Shown piece after piece: positions 29,922 to 61,148 of a DNA stretch of 64,000 nt. The notes under the pieces were generated by a model. The model did no database searches. It worked only from the letters and a program-made list of their open reading frames with translations, and had not been told where the DNA came from. The number at the start of each line of letters is the position of its first letter. The stretch's first letter is position 1. The stretch is from the human T2T-CHM13v2.0 reference genome, Homo sapiens: NCBI RefSeq assembly GCF_009914755.1, contig NC_060932.1, one strand, 5' to 3'. The position numbers were made by a program, and so were the translations under genes.

Positions 29922-32900
29922 TTAGCAGAAAACAACAGAAAAGAGAAAGTAATTACTGAGCCAAAACTGAGCAAAGAACCTGAATAGCCTTTTCTGCAAA
30001 GAACACAAAAAATTGAAAACAAGTTTACCAACACTTAGTTAACATCACTAATCATGGGAAAAAAATGAAAATCAGAACAAGATCAGATACCCTGTCCTTC
30101 TCGGTGGAATGAATATTACAAAGGCCTTCATATATTTTAAAACAAGGGAAACCACAAACACTTGTGTGAATCTCCAGAACAGGGAGCTCTCTTATCCATA
30201 ATTGTTGACAAAGTAAATTAGTATGCAAACTACAGAGACCAGTTGGAGGTTCCACAGAAAACTAAAAATACAACTACCATTTCCTTTAGCTTTGCTACTG
30301 CTGGGTGTGCAGTGGAAGCACTTGAAACCAGTACATGGAAGTGGTATCTGCCTTCCCATACTGACTGTGGCACCAGTCACAAAAGACAAGATAAGGAATC
30401 AACCTACCTGTCCACCCACAGAGAATGAGATCCAGAAACCGCAGTACCCATTCACAAATAAATACTCTTCAGCTAGACATGCATACTGAAATCATGTCAT
30501 TCACAGCAACATAGTGGAACCTGGAGGACATTATCGTAAATGAAACACATTAGGCCAAGAAAGGCAAACCTCACATCATCATCATCTCACTCATGAGGAC
30601 TACAAGACACTTTATCTCACATAGACCTAGAAAGCACCATAGTGCTTGCCAGGGTTGGAGTGGAAGGTGGGGCATGGGCAGGGATAGGAAATGGGTACAT
30701 AGTGACAAGTTCCATAAGAGGAATGAAACCTGCTGTTCTATTCCTCAGCAGAGTGACTAGGGCTAACATTATCAGAGGGTAGTTTCCAAGACAGCCAGAA
30801 AGGAGGGTTCTGGCCGTCCTCACCTCAAAGACATGATAACTCTACAAGGCAAAAATAGATGCTAAATACCCTGATTTCATCACTATGCAATGCATGCATG
30901 GACCCAAATGTCCCACTCTAACCTCTATTTGTACACATTTATGTATGGGCCAATTTTGTTTTTTGAAAGCAATGTAAAGAAACAATGATAAAATTCCTGT
31001 GGGACCACAAAACTCCCTGAAACTGCAAAGCCAAGCTGGAAGATCCAGACAACGTCAGATGGACCACACTCCCTGATTTCAAATTTCATGACAGAGATAT
31101 AGACCTGCCTCCACCTGGACAGAATAGAGAACCTGGAAGTAATCCCACACACCTACAGCCATCTGACCTTTGAAAAGACTCAAAACTCAGCAATGGAGAA
31201 AGGACTCCCTGTGCAATGAATGGTGCTAGGAAAGGCAGCTAGACACATGCAAAAGATTAACACTGGAGCCCTACCTGTCACCATATGCAAAAATTGACTC
31301 AAGGTGAGCAAAAGATTTCAGAAGAAGACCTCAAACTATAAAAGTCCTAGAAGAAAACCTAGGAAATACCTTTCTCAACATAGGCTTTGGTAAAGCATTT
31401 AGATAACTTAGTCCCTAAAAGCAACAGCAAGAAAAACCAAAATAAAAAGGTTGGGCCTAAGAAACTGAAAGACTGCCAGATAGCAAAAGAAATCACCAGC
31501 ACAGTAAATGCCTATATAGCCTACAGGATGGGAGAAAATGTTCCCAAACTATGCTTCTGACCAAGGTCTAATAGCCAGACTGTAACATGACCTTAAAAAA
31601 ATCAAGAGTCAGAAAAACAAATAATCCAATCAAACAATGGGCAAAGGACATGATGTACAAGCAGCCAACAGAAGAAAAAATGCTCAACATCACTAATCGT
31701 CAGAGAAATGCAACTCATGCACACACTGAAATACCATCTTACACTACTCAGAATGGCCATTTGTCCTAAGTCCAAACATTAACATGGTGGCGAGGCAGCA
31801 GAGGAAAGCGAACACTGCTACGCTCTTGGTGGGAATAAAAACCAGCTGTCACACTGTGAGAAGTGGTTTGAAGTTTACTCAAAGAACTTAAAACAGAACT
31901 ACCATCTGAATAGAGCAATCCCACAACTGAGTATCTACACAAAGGGAAATAAAGCCTTCTTTCAAAATGACACATACACTGGTATGTTCTTGGAAGTGCT
32001 ATTCATAAGAAAAAACAAAACAAAATAAAATCAACCTATGTGCCCATTAACAGTTGATGATTAGGTTTTTACACTTGCAGTACATGGACACCAAAAACTC
32101 CTACACAGCTTAAAAAATTTTCTTGTCCTCAACAGCAACAAGGATGGACCTGGAGGCCACTATGCTAAGCAAAGTAATGCAAGAACAGAAAATCAAATAC
32201 CACATGTTCTCATTTATACACTGAAGCTAAACACCGAACACACCCACAGATACTGGGGACTACCAGACAGAGAACGGAGGGAGACAGTAAATGTTGGTGG
32301 AAGAACCATCTGATTGGTACTGTGCTCACTGCCTGGGTGATGGGGTTCCTTCGGAACCCAAGCTTCACTATCCTGCCATATACCCATGTGGCCAACCTGC
32401 AAGGTGCACCCTTTAATCAAAATACAAGTAGGTATTATTTTAGAAATCAAGATTAGGAGCTGAAAAAAAAATTATTAAGGAAGAGGAAACCTAGAGTGAT
32501 CCAAACGATCTGCTACTGGCACACACACAGAAAAACAACTGAATGAACAAAATGAGGAAGCCAAATAAGCAACCCAAAATTATATATAGTTAAAATATTT
32601 TGCAAAAGCTCACCAAAGGCATAACAGTTGAGAAAACTGGATATTCCTGTGCAAAAGACTGAAACAGTTCTCTTATGCTGCACAATATGCAAAAACATAA
32701 AATCAATTGAACACCCAAATCCAATTCTGAAACCAAAAACTCCAAGGAAAAAACACAGGGTCAGTGTATATTTTGGGGAAACTTGAATCTGTGCACACAG
32801 GTTGCAAAGGAGAAATTTTAAAAAACAAAAGGAAAAATTAGGGGGAAAATACCCATAGACAATACAATGATTTGCCATCTTTTTTTCGTGATGGAACACA

Positions 32901-33340
32901 GAAATCACTGCTGACAAAACCAAATATAAACATGTGAGACAAACACTTTAGAGCTTCTGCATGGGACAGAAAACAATGAACCCAAAGAGACAGCATCCTA
33001 CCTTGGGAGAAAGACTGACTGGAGGAAAACTGTGGAAAATCATAAATTTGAAAGCGGTTGTTATCCAACATATTCAAACACTAAAGCTACTAAGTGGGGA
33101 AAAGATTTTAAAAAATACACAAGCTAAAAATGTGCAAAGGGCCAGCACAGCCACTTCTTCAAGGAAGACATGAAACTGATTCACAAGTGAAACAAAAGTT
33201 TCTCCACATCACTAATCACTCCAAACATGTATGTCAGAATCACACTCAGATACCATCAAACTTCACCGAGAATGAATATGACCATAAACAGCAATAAAAT
33301 TTTTGGAAGGCAGCAGTGTAGACTTGAAAAAGGGAAACTC

Positions 33341-33669
<329 letters not shown>

Positions 33670-34887
33670 CTATTGGTCGCAATGTAAATTAGTGTATATA
33701 ATACTGTGAAAAAAGCTGGAGTTTCCTCAACAAATTAAAAATACAATTACTAGTTCTTCTAGTCATCCCCACACTGGGTATGCATTTAACGCAAAGGATA
33801 TCCATTTCTTAAGGAGTTATTTGCCTTCCCATGTTTCATGAAGCACTATTCACAATATCCAAGATGTGGAATCAACCTACCTGGCCATCCACAGATGAAG
33901 GGATAAAGAAACTGCAGTATATCTGCACAATGCAATGCACTCCTTGAGAAGAAAATGTCATTTTCATTTGGAGCCATACAGATGAACCTGGAAAATATGT
34001 TAAATAAAATAATCCAGGCATAGAAAGATAAGCACAGAATCATCTCACTTATATGAAATTCAAAAAAACTTCACGTTCAATCAGTAGAAGGTACAGTACT
34101 AGTCTTCTGAGAAGAGTGGAAGGAGGGGTTGGGAGTGATTGGTTATGGAAACAAAGTTGCAGTTAGTTAAGACAAACACATTCTTGTGTTCTATACCACA
34201 GCTGGATGACTCTGGTTAACAAAAAAAAAAAGTTTTTTTCAAAAAAAGCTAGAAGGGAGCAATTTGAATGTTCTCACAACAGAGAAATAATACCTTCATG
34301 AAGGAATGGATATGCTAAGTACCGTGATGTGATCACTACTAAAAACATACATGTATCAAAATGTCCCAGAGGAAACAAAAAGTACCAGCATACCCTCTAA
34401 TTACATATTTTATTATACACAGAAATTTAAGAAATACGAATACACAATGCTAATGTTCATATGGAACCACAAATGGTCCTGAATATCTAAGGAATCCTGA
34501 GAAATACAAACCAACTTGGAGGATTCACAATCCCTGATATCAAAATTATATTGCAAAGCTGTAAGTATCCAAAATACCTGCTACTGTGACATGAAATGCC
34601 ACTGTGCTCCAGCCTGGGTGAGAGAATGAGACTCAGTCTCAAAAAATACATACTGTTAGAAAATTTCAGGGAATCATGAGTGATAACTGTGTACATGTAC
34701 CAAACATGTACACAGAGAAAAAAATACTAAGTAGCATCAAAATACAGATCCAAACTAATTGGGCAAAGACCCTGAATAGACATGAATAAACATCTCTGCA
34801 AAGATGATACAAAACTGACCAACAAGTAAGAGAAAAGGTCAACATCACTACTCATCAGAAAAAAAACGAACTCCAAAACCACATTCA

Positions 34888-35945
34888 GGTTGGTCACGGT
34901 GGTTCATGCCTGTAATCTCAGCACTTTGGGAGGCTGAGGTGGGCGGATCCACTTGAGGTCAGGAGTTCAAGACCAGCCTGGCCGTGGTGAAACCCTGTCT
35001 CTACTAAAAATACAAAAAAACTAGCCAGGCATCATGGTGCACGCCTGTAATCCCAGCTACTAAGGAGGCTAAGGCATGATAATTGCTTGAACTCAGGAGG
35101 CTGAGGCTGCAGGGAGCCGAGATCTCATCAATGCACTCCAGCCTGCGTGACAGAGCAAGCCTCAGTCTCCAAAAAAAAATTAAAAAACCACACACACATT
35201 CAGATGCCATTTCACTTACTGGAATGAATGTTACTAAAAATATTTTTAAAAACTTTTTTTGAGACAGGGACTCACTCTGTCACCCAGGCTGGAGTGCAGT
35301 GGCATGGATCATGACTCACTGCAGTCTTAACCTCTGGGGCACAAGTGATCCTTCCACCTCAGCCTCCTGAGTACCTGGAACTACAGGCACGCACCCACCA
35401 CACCTGGCTAATACTTTTTTATTTTTGGTACAGATAAAGTTTTGCCATGTTGCCTAGGCTGGTCTCGAATTCTTGGGCTCAAGTGATCCTACCCACCTCG
35501 GCCTCCCAAAGTGCTTGGATTATAGGCATGAGCCACCATTCCTAGCCACACACACAAAAAAAAATCTAAAAAAGAAGAATGCTGGTATGGATTTGAAGAA
35601 AAGGGAACTCTTTTTTCCAGTTGGGGGAAAGATAAATTAGTATATACATTACGGTAAAGAGTTGGAGTTCCCTCAAAATTTGAAAGTACAACTACCAGGA
35701 GGCCAATGTGGGCAGATTGCTTGAGCTCAAGAGTTCACGACCAGCCCAGGTAACAGGCAAAACTCTCTATCTACAAAAGTTAGGCAGGCATGGTGACACA
35801 TGCCTGTGGTACCAGGTACACAGAGGCTAAGGTGGGAAAATTTCTTGAGCCTGAGATGTGGAGGCTGCAGTAAGCCAAGACTGTTCCACTGCACCCCAGC
35901 ATGGACAACAGAGTGAGACCCTGTCTCAAAAAAAAAGAAAGAAAA
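34888..35945. mobile_element. Alu cluster: AluSx (+) 34888-35187, AluJ (-) 35254-35547, truncated AluJ (+) ~35698-35945
   Basis: Three recognisable Alu bodies inserted in the L1-derived module. Confidence 0.88.
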
Positions 35946-38900
35946 TACAACTACCATATAATCTAACATTCCCACTACTGGGTATGCCTCCAAAGCAAGT
36001 GAAATCAGCATCAGAGATTAGAAAGAGACAATGGGGAGAGAGATTTTCTTCATCAAACTCTTTTGGGAAAACCAATATCCATATGCAAAGAATGAAACAG
36101 GACCCTTCTGTTACACAATGCACAAAAATCAACTCAAAATGGATTCAAAACCTCAACACAAGACCTGAAACCATGAAACATCATAAAATTCCTATAAGAA
36201 AAGACAGGAAGCTTACTTTCAGGGCAATTTGAAGCCATACTCACAGGTTGCAAGGAGTGGGGAAAAAAAAGAACAGAAACAAAAGAAAAAACGGAATACA
36301 CAGGGGTACAGTCTCATTGAGAATGGAATCATTTGTGAAATATCTTAATTGGGCACCAAAATTCCAAGCAACAGAAGCAAAAATAGACATGCATAGCTCC
36401 ATGAAAGTGAGAAGTTTTTGCAAGGCAAAGGAAACAATGAACCCAATGAGAAAGGCTGGGAGAAAATTTCAAGGCATTACATATCTGCTAATGGGTTGTT
36501 ATGGAAAATATGCAACACATTAACAATACTAGGTAGTGGTCCAGTTCCAAGATGGCCGAATAGGAACAGCTCCGGTCTGCAGCTCCCAGCGTGCTCAACA
36601 CAGAAGATGGGTGATTTCTGCACTTTCAACTGAGGTACCTGGTTCATCTCATTGGGACCAGTTGGGCAGTGGCTGCAGCCCACGGAGGGTTAGCCAAAGC
36701 AGGGTGGGGCATCGCCTCACCCAGGAAGCACAAGGGGTCTGGTTATTTCCCTTTCCTAGCCAAGGGAAGCCATGATAGACTGTACCGGGAAAATCGGGAC
36801 ACTGCCACCTAAATACTGCGCTTTTCCAACAGTCTCAGCAAACGGCACACCAGGAGATTATATCCCATGCCTGGCTCAGCGGGTCCCATGCCTGGCTCAA
36901 TGGGTCCCATGCCTTGCTCACTGCTAGCACAGCAGTCCAAGATCAAACTGTGAGGTGGTAGCCCTGCTTGGGGAGGGGTGTCCACCATTGCTGAGGCTTG
37001 AGTAGGTAAACAAAGCAGCTGGGAAGCTCGAACTGGGTGGAGCCAACCACAGCCCAAGGAGGCCTGCCTGCCTCTGTAAACTCCACCTCTGGGGGCAGGG
37101 CATAGCTGAACAAAATGCAGCAGAAACTTCTGTAGACTTAAACGTCCCTGTCTGACAACTCTGAAGACAGCAGTGGTTCTCCCAGCACGGTGTTTGAGCT
37201 CTGAGAACGGACAGACTGCCTCCTCCAGTGGGTCCCTGACCCCCATGTGGCCAAACTGGGAGACACCTCATACAGCCGGGTGCCCTTCTGAGATGAAGCT
37301 TCCAGAGGAAGGATCAGGCAACAATACTTACTGTTCTGCAATATTTGCTGTTCTGCAGCCTCTGCTGGTGATACCCAGGCAAACAGGGTCTGGAGTGGAC
37401 CTCCAGCAAACTCCAACAGACCTGCAGCTGAGGGACCTGACTGTTGGAAGGAAAACTAACAGGAAGGAATAGCATCAACATCAACAAAAAGGACATCCAC
37501 GCCAAAACCCCATCTGTAGGTCACCATCATCAAAGACCAAAGGTAGATAAAACCACAAAGATGGGGAGAAACCGGAGCAGAATAGCTGAAAATTCTAAAA
37601 ACCAGAGCGCCTTTTCTCCTCCAAAGGATCAGAGCTCCTCGCCAGCAACGGAACAAAGCTGGACGGAGAATGACTTTGACAAGTTGACAGAAATAGGCTT
37701 CAGAAGGTCAGTAATAACAAACTTATCTGACCTAAAGGAGGATGTTCGAACCCTTCACGAGGAAGCTAAAAACCTTGAAAAAACATTAGATGAGTGGCTA
37801 ACTAGAATAAACAGTGTAGAGAAGACCTTAAATGACCTGATGAAGCTGAAAACCATGGCACTAGAACTACGTGACACATGTACAAGCTTCAGTAGCCGAT
37901 TCGATCAAGTGGAAGAAAGGGTATCAGTGATTGAAGATCAAATTAATGAAATTAAACAGAGAAGTTTAGAGAAAAACAAGTAAAAAGAAATGAAAACCTA
38001 CAAAGAGACTTAGACTCCCACACAATAATAATGGAAGATTTTAACACCCCACTGTCAATATTACACAGATCAATGAGACAGAAGGTTAACAAGGATATCC
38101 AGGATTTGAACTCAGCTCTGCACCAAGCAGACCTAATAGACATCTACAGAACTCTCCACCCTAAATCAACAGATTATACATTCTTCTCAGCACCACATCG
38201 CACTTATTCCAAAATTGACCACATAGTTGGAAGTAAAGCACTCCTCAGCAAATGTAAAAGAACAGAAATCACAACAAACTGTCTCTCAGACCACAGTGCA
38301 ATCAAATTAGAACTCAGGATTAAGAAACTCACTCAAAAACGCACAACTACATGGAAACTGAACAACCTGCTCCTGAATGACTACTGGGTAAATAACAAAA
38401 TGAAGGCAGAAAAAAGATGTTCTTTGAAACCAATGAGAACAAAGACAATGTACCAGAATCTCTGGGACACATTTAAAGCAGTGTGTACAGGGAAATTTAT
38501 AGCACTAAATGCCCACAAGAGAAAGCAGGAGAAATCTAAAATCGACACCCTAACATCACAGTTAAAAGAACTAGACAAGCAAGAGCAAACTAATTCAAAA
38601 GCTAGCAGAAGGCAAGAAATAACTAAGATCAGAGCAGAACTGAAGGAGATAGAGACACAAAAAAACCCTTCAAAAAATCAATGAATCCAGGAGCTGCTTT
38701 TTTGAAAAGATCAACAAAATTGATAGACTGGTAGCAAGACAAAGAAGAAAAGACAAAGAAGAAAAGAGAGAAGAATCAAATAAACGGAATAAAAAATGAT
38801 AAAGGGGTTATCACCACCAATCCCACAGAAATACAAACTACCATCAGAGAACACTATAAACACCTCTATGCAAATAAACTGGAAAATCTAGAAGAAATGA

Positions 38901-39752
38901 ATAAATTCCTGCACACATACACCCTCCCAAGACTAAACCAGAAAGAAGCTGAATCCCTGCATAGACCAAAAACAGGCTCTGAAATTGAGGCAATAATTAA
39001 TAGCCTACCAACCAAAAAACGTCCAGGACCAGACGGATTCACAGCCGAATTCTACCAGAGGTACAAAGAGGAGCTGGTACCATTCCTTCTGAAACTATTC
39101 CGATCAATAGAAAAAGAGGGAATCCTCCCTAACTCGTTTTATGAAGCCAGCATCATCCTGATACCAAAGCCTGGCAGAGACACAACAAAAAGAGAATTTT
39201 AGACCAATATCCCTGATGAATATTGATGCGAAAATCCTCAATAAAATACTGGCAAACCAAATCCAGCAGCACATCGAAAAGCTTATCCACCATGATCAAG
39301 TTGGCTTCATCCCTGGGATGCAAGCCTGGTTCAACATACACAAATCAATAAATGTAATCCATCACATAAACAGAACCAAAGACAAAAACCACGTGATTAT
39401 CTCAATAGATGCAGAAAAGGCCACTGACAAAATTCAACAGCCGTTCATGCTAAAAACTGTCAATAAACTAGGTATTGATGGAATGTATCTCCAAATAATA
39501 ATTTATGATAAACCCACAGCCAATATCATACTGAATGTGCAAAAGCTGGAAGCATTCCCTTTGAAAACTGGCACAAGACAGGGATGCCCTCTCTCACCAC
39601 TCCTATTCAACATAGTGTTGGAAGTTCTCGCCAGGGCAATCAGGCAAGAGAAAGAAATAAAGGGTATTCAATTAGGAAAAGAGGAAGTCAAATTGTCCCT
39701 GTTTGCAGATGCCATGATTGTATATTTAGAAATCCCCATCGTCTCAGCCTAA

Positions 39753-40217
<465 letters not shown>

Positions 40218-40747
40218 TGACTTCAAACTATACTACAAGGCTACAGTAACAAAAACACCATGGTACTGGTACCAAAACAGAGATATAGACCAATGGAACA
40301 GAACAGAGGCCTCAGAAATAACATCACACATCTACAACCATCTGATCTTTGACAAACCTGACAAAAACAAGAAAAGGGGAAAGGATTTCCTACTTAATAA
40401 ATGGTGCTGGGAAAACTGGCTAGCCATATGTACAAAGCTGAAACTGGATCCCTTCCTTACACCTTATACAAAAATTAATTCAAGATGGATCAAAGACTTA
40501 AATGTTAGACCTAAAACCATAAAAACCCTAGAAGAAAACCTAGGCAATTCCATTCAGGACACAGGCATGGGCAAAGACTTCATGACTAAAAAACACCAAA
40601 AGCAATGGCAACAAAAGCCAAAATAGACAAATGGGATCTAATTAAACCAAAGAGCTTCTGCACAGAAAGAAACTACCATCAAAGTGAACAGGCAAACTAC
40701 AGAATGGGAGAAAATTTTTGCAATCTACCCATCTGACAAAGGGCTAA

Positions 40748-41580
<833 letters not shown>

Positions 41581-42059
41581 AAATGAAGACAGTTATGCAG
41601 CCAACAGAAACAGGAAAAAATGCTCATCATCACTGGTCATCAGAGAAATGCAAATCAAAACCACATTGAGATACCATCTCACACCAGTTAGAATGGCAGT
41701 TATTAAAAAGTCAGGAAACAACAGGTGCTGAAGAGGATGTGGAGAAATAGGAACACTTTTACACTGTTGGTGGGAGTGCAAACTAGTTCAACCATTGTGG
41801 AAGACAGTGTGGCGACTCCTCAAGGATCTAGAACTAGAAATACCATTTGACCCAGCAATCCCATTACTGGATATATGTCCAAAGGATTATAAATCATGCT
41901 ACTATAAAGACACATGTACAAGTATGTTTATTGTGGCACTATTCACAATAGCAAAGACTTGGAACCAACCCAAATTTCCATCAATGATAGACTAGATTTA
42001 GAAAATGTGGCACATATACACCATGGAATACTATGCAGCCATAAAAAAGGATGAGTTCA

Positions 42060-48045
<5,986 letters not shown>

Positions 48046-48526
48046 AAAAAAGGATGAGTTCATGTCCTTTGTAGGGACATGGATGAAGCTGGAAACAATC
48101 ATTCTGAGCAAACTGTCACAAGGACAGATAACCAAACACCACATGTTCTCACTCATAGGTGGGAACTGAACAAAGAGAACGCTTGGACACAGGGCAGGGA
48201 ACATCACACACCAGGGCCTGTCATGGGGTGGGGGGATGGGGGAGGGATAGCATTAGGAGAAATACCTAATGTAAATGATGATTTAATAGTTGCAGCACAC
48301 CAACATGGCACATGTATACATATGTAACAAACCTGCACGTTGTGCACATGTACCCGAGAACTTAAAGCATAATTTTTTAAAAAAGGGAGAAAAAAAAAAC
48401 AATACTAGGTAGCAACAATAAAATGTATGATCCACCCAAAATTGGGCAGAGACCCTGAATAGATATTTCTCCAAAAAGGGCATTAAACAGCATGGAAGTT
48501 CCCTTCCCCTGGTTAGGTGGCTATGA

Positions 48527-50382
<1,856 letters not shown>

Positions 50383-50399
50383 AAAAAAAAAATTCAGCA

Positions 50400-50692
50400 G
50401 GCCAGGTGCAGTAGTTCACACCTATAATCCCAGCACTTTGGGAAGCCAAGGCGGGAGGACTGCTTTGAGTTCAGGAGTTTGAGACCAGCCTGGGTGCCAT
50501 GGCAAAACTCCATCTCTACAACAAAATAAAAAAAAAAATTAGCTGGGCATGGTGGCACAGGCCCAGTCACTCAGGAGGCTGAGGCTGGAGAATCCCTTGA
50601 TTCCAGGAAGTAGAGGTTGCAGTGAGCTGAGATCCACCACTGCACTCCAGCCTGGCCAACAGAGCCAGACCCTGTCTCAAAAAAAATAAAAA
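50400..50692 (+). mobile_element. AluJ-like
   Basis: gggaggactgctttgagttcaggagtttgagaccagcctggg; TSD aaaa(t/a)tcagca. Confidence 0.88.
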
Positions 50693-51276
50693 TCAGCAAA
50701 CTCTGGAGGTGGCTGGGATTCTTTTCCTTCCACCTGAGGCTTGGATGCAGCACAATCAAGCAGGGTGTGGCTCCGACACCCATCCTGGGCCAGGCTTCCC
50801 CTTCCTCCCACAGACAGTTTCCCTCTCTCTCAATCTACATAGGAGTTTCCCTCAGAAAAAGTCCTAAAGCCTAAAATTCTACAGCCTCCTATGCTGCCAC
50901 CCTCAAAAGCCCTAGGGGAATGAATACTACTGTAAAATACACACTAAAATACTAACAGAAAAAGAGGAAAATGAGTGAGAACCTGATGGGAATAACAGAA
51001 CATTCCACAAAATGAAAGCTTCTATACTCACAATGAAGAAAAAACAGCTGAGGAGCTGCGCTGAGGCGAAACTGCAAGGAAGCTCCCTCCTCAGCAGTCA
51101 GCACAGTGGATAGGAGCTGTCTCTTCCCAAGGGCGCAGTCCCAAGTCATCCCAAAGCTGCCGCAGTGTCCCGTCCAGCAAGTCCTGAGGGACCTGGAGTG
51201 CTTCACTTTCTCCTCACTGTGGACGCCACACCTGCCACACGGTGCCTGCAGGTAGAACACCCATGTGCACCATTAA

Positions 51277-51727
<451 letters not shown>

Positions 51728-52326
51728 TGAATCCCTGCATCAAAATGCCTATGTTATAACATCCTCTCTTCCTAAGGCACAGGAGCAAGTGGTACATACT
51801 TGTCTGGCAACCAGTTTCATTAATGCTGTTGTTGTATCTGTCCAAAGATGAGAAGTAGTTTGTTACCAGTTTCACTACCTTTTGGAGTTTTAGATAACAT
51901 ATATCCACACTGTGATATTTACACTTTTTAATGACTCCCTTTTAAATAAAATTGCCACTTTATGTGAAATCCAGTTCATGCATAATAAAGCTTGCCTGTA
52001 CATATATGGTGTTGGGCATACACCATACATTCGTACATAATGCCAGCCATGCCTTAATCATGGGATAAGAATGGCCAGACACTTCCCACATTTCTGCGAC
52101 AGCAAATTGAGCGCTCACACAGGGCTCCTGGCTGGAGAACAGGTGAGACCCAGACCTGCCCATGACTCTCCTCCCTCAGTGGTCCATCATTCAATTATTT
52201 AGGCACCTCTGGGGACAGACACCAGGCTCTCTGAGGCTTCAGATGCCCCAGAAAGCCTGCTCTCCTAAAAACAGTGGCCTTGGATGGAGACATTCTTGCT
52301 GCATTTCTCCTTAAATATACTCAATT

Positions 52327-52353
52327 TGTGTGTGTGTGTGTGTGTGTGTGTGT
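52327..52353. repeat. (TG)n microsatellite
   Basis: About 13 perfect TG units. Confidence 0.95.
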
Positions 52354-52434
52354 TTGAATCAACACAATTGTCCCACAGAAACTTCTAAGGGCCTAATAAA
52401 TATGTGCATAGAATTTTGATGGGATAATTTTTTA

Positions 52435-52803
<369 letters not shown>

Positions 52804-53384
52804 CTAGTAGTTATCTCAGCACTCCCAGGACTGCTGTGAGCAATCAATGAAATCTGTCACAGCAGAGACTCTTTGGGGTCTCCCAGCCAAGGCCATGTGG
52901 AGCACATAGAGGCAGGATCAGGGAATCTGAGCATCTGCCTAGGGCCTCTCCCTGCTTCCTCACCCTCTGCCATATTCTTCTCCACATCTGACTCTGTGAA
53001 GCCACATCATCTGTTTCCTGACTCCTTTTCTACCAGTGACAAACTCCCACTCTGCTGGTGTCTGGGCCATAAATCTCCAAATACAGAATTCCCTCAAGCC
53101 ACATGTGTTTCCCTGAATTAGAACACAAAGTTTCAGCATAACTGTCATTTATCCCATCATTCTCCAGAGCTCCCCATCTCCCCATCCCCAGGATGCTCCC
53201 CAAGTCTCCACAGCCAGCCCTCTCCTCATTCCTCCATGGAGCCCTGGCACAAAATACTGACCCATACTGCCCTTCCCAGGGCTTAGAGGTGCCAAGTTAT
53301 GAGCCAAGACCGCCAGGTGCAACAGGAAGCTCCACTGGAGATAAGCTTCCCACCTCTTTTGTATTATCTACTGCGCAACTCATA

Positions 53385-57366
<3,982 letters not shown>

Positions 57367-57989
57367 TCAAAGCAGAATGTCACTTTCATTATGGAAAGCA
57401 AGGTGTGAAAAACAGAAAAATGCATAGAAATAGGTGATCAATATTATTTGATTTTACAAAATTTATCTACATTACTGTGGATTTTTAATATGCCTCCTTA
57501 CCTTTCTCTGCAAATATAACCTTGCATTAATTCAACATAAAAAGGAGAGTCATCCAGGATGATGGGGCATCATAGAATAGAGTGTATGCCTGAACACCAT
57601 TTGGAACAATGATAAGCTCTTACCTGCTCAGATCTTCATTCAAATGGTAAACCACACATTCCAAAACTGAGATTCAAACATAACAGGGCCGTTCATATTC
57701 ATGTGTGGCTCCAGTTTCCTCATTCATAACAACAACAAAAAAAGCTTAGATTCAATCTTAAAAACCTTTCTGACTCTAACAGCTTTTGATTTTTAGAAAT
57801 AAAGTTTAGAAGGTCCCTTTTGTCTAGAAACACTGCTTATAAAATAAAGACTACATTATAGGACATTTAAAAACTTTTTCTTTATAGGACCTAATTGTTA
57901 ACAGTCAACCTTTAGAAAATAATACTTGAAATCCCCTACTACACAACTATTAAAGTGTCTAAATTTTGCACCAAGTTTTGTAACACTGA

Positions 57990-58300
<311 letters not shown>

Positions 58301-59703
58301 GAATGGCATTTACTCTTATATCCATGTAGAAACATATAATTGGATTAACAGAAATGTGTTGAGTGCCCTTAATCTACATTTTCACACAATATGTCACTAT
58401 AATATTGTGAAATAGTCTATATTTTCTTCCAAAGAATCTTTTCAGTCAAATGTTTAGTCAATTTAGGAAGTTAGGTTAACTGACTAATTCAGTCAAAACT
58501 AGCAATGTAGTAGCTGCAGACAAATACTACTAAAGTGTTTTTTTAATAATTCACCTCTCAATGATTGGTAAATAAGAAAATGAAAAGCAAAATGAGAAGG
58601 TGAAAAGCAGTCACATGTTCACCGTTTTCCTTTCTACCTTGAATACCCAACAAATCAAGATTAACGTTTATAATAATTAATTCATCTGAGCCAATCACCT
58701 GTTATTAAACTTTATCAGATCAATGTTAATGCCTCAGTGAATCAGCTGCATTACTGGCGTGCCCTTGAATATCTAGTTGCACTTGTGTATGTTTCCCTTT
58801 TGTATACACACTTACTCTCATATGAAAGCTAGTATAATAAAAACATCCCAGTTATAAGCGACTAAGTCAATAATTCAAAGGCACAGTAAATTCCAAGAAA
58901 TGGCAGCACATATACACGTTGACTTATTCCAATGTCTTCAATCAATGCAAAACAATGTGACCTGTCTGTGCTTGACACAAGGGATCTCTAGTCCTGGCTT
59001 ATATCACTGAATGAGACCAGGTTATTAAATTTTCAGGAATTTTTGAGAGTTAATTGTTAAATAAAGTCATTATTAAAATGCATTATATAAACTTCCAACT
59101 AAATTATATTAAAACAATACCTACAACTCCTCATATTCTAATTATTTTACTATATTTTATTATCTATGCTCATGATGCATCTACTGCATCTATATGGCAG
59201 AAATATCATATGATGGTGTGCTACCATGCATCTCATCCCAACTCATCATTCAGTGACATCAGCTTGGTAGCTTGAATCTGACCATGACAGTCCTATTTAC
59301 AACACAGAAATGTGCAAATACTACCAGCCATGTTTTTGTGTTTTTCAGAGAGTCAGATGTTACACATTTACCAGCACACCACTGGATCTACAGAACCCAG
59401 ACAAGTTCCCCACTCTCTTGTAGTCACCAAAAATACAAGATACTATGGGACTAGGTAGTAAGTCTATGGGATCAGAAAAGGCCTACCAGAGAAAATGTTA
59501 CTTAAGCAGAGTCCTGGGGAATGAGTCAAGGTTAGACAGGTGGGCAATGAGGACACAGAAGAAGTTTTGCCGAGCAAGGGGAAAATAGCTTGCAGGAATG
59601 AGACTCATCCAAGAAATTCAAAGAAGCCAAGGGTGCTAGTTATGGGGTAGAAAGAACTCAGGCAAAAAAAAAAAATTATTACTCACGATAGCAAAACACA
59701 CTT

Positions 59704-61148
<1,445 letters not shown>

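Noticed and set aside
36809-36990. Open ORF0-like antisense frame in the outer L1 with a 21-bp duplication (GMGPIEPGMGPAEPGMG)
   Set aside because: Expected feature of primate L1 5'UTRs; diverged and shortened, with no sign of function
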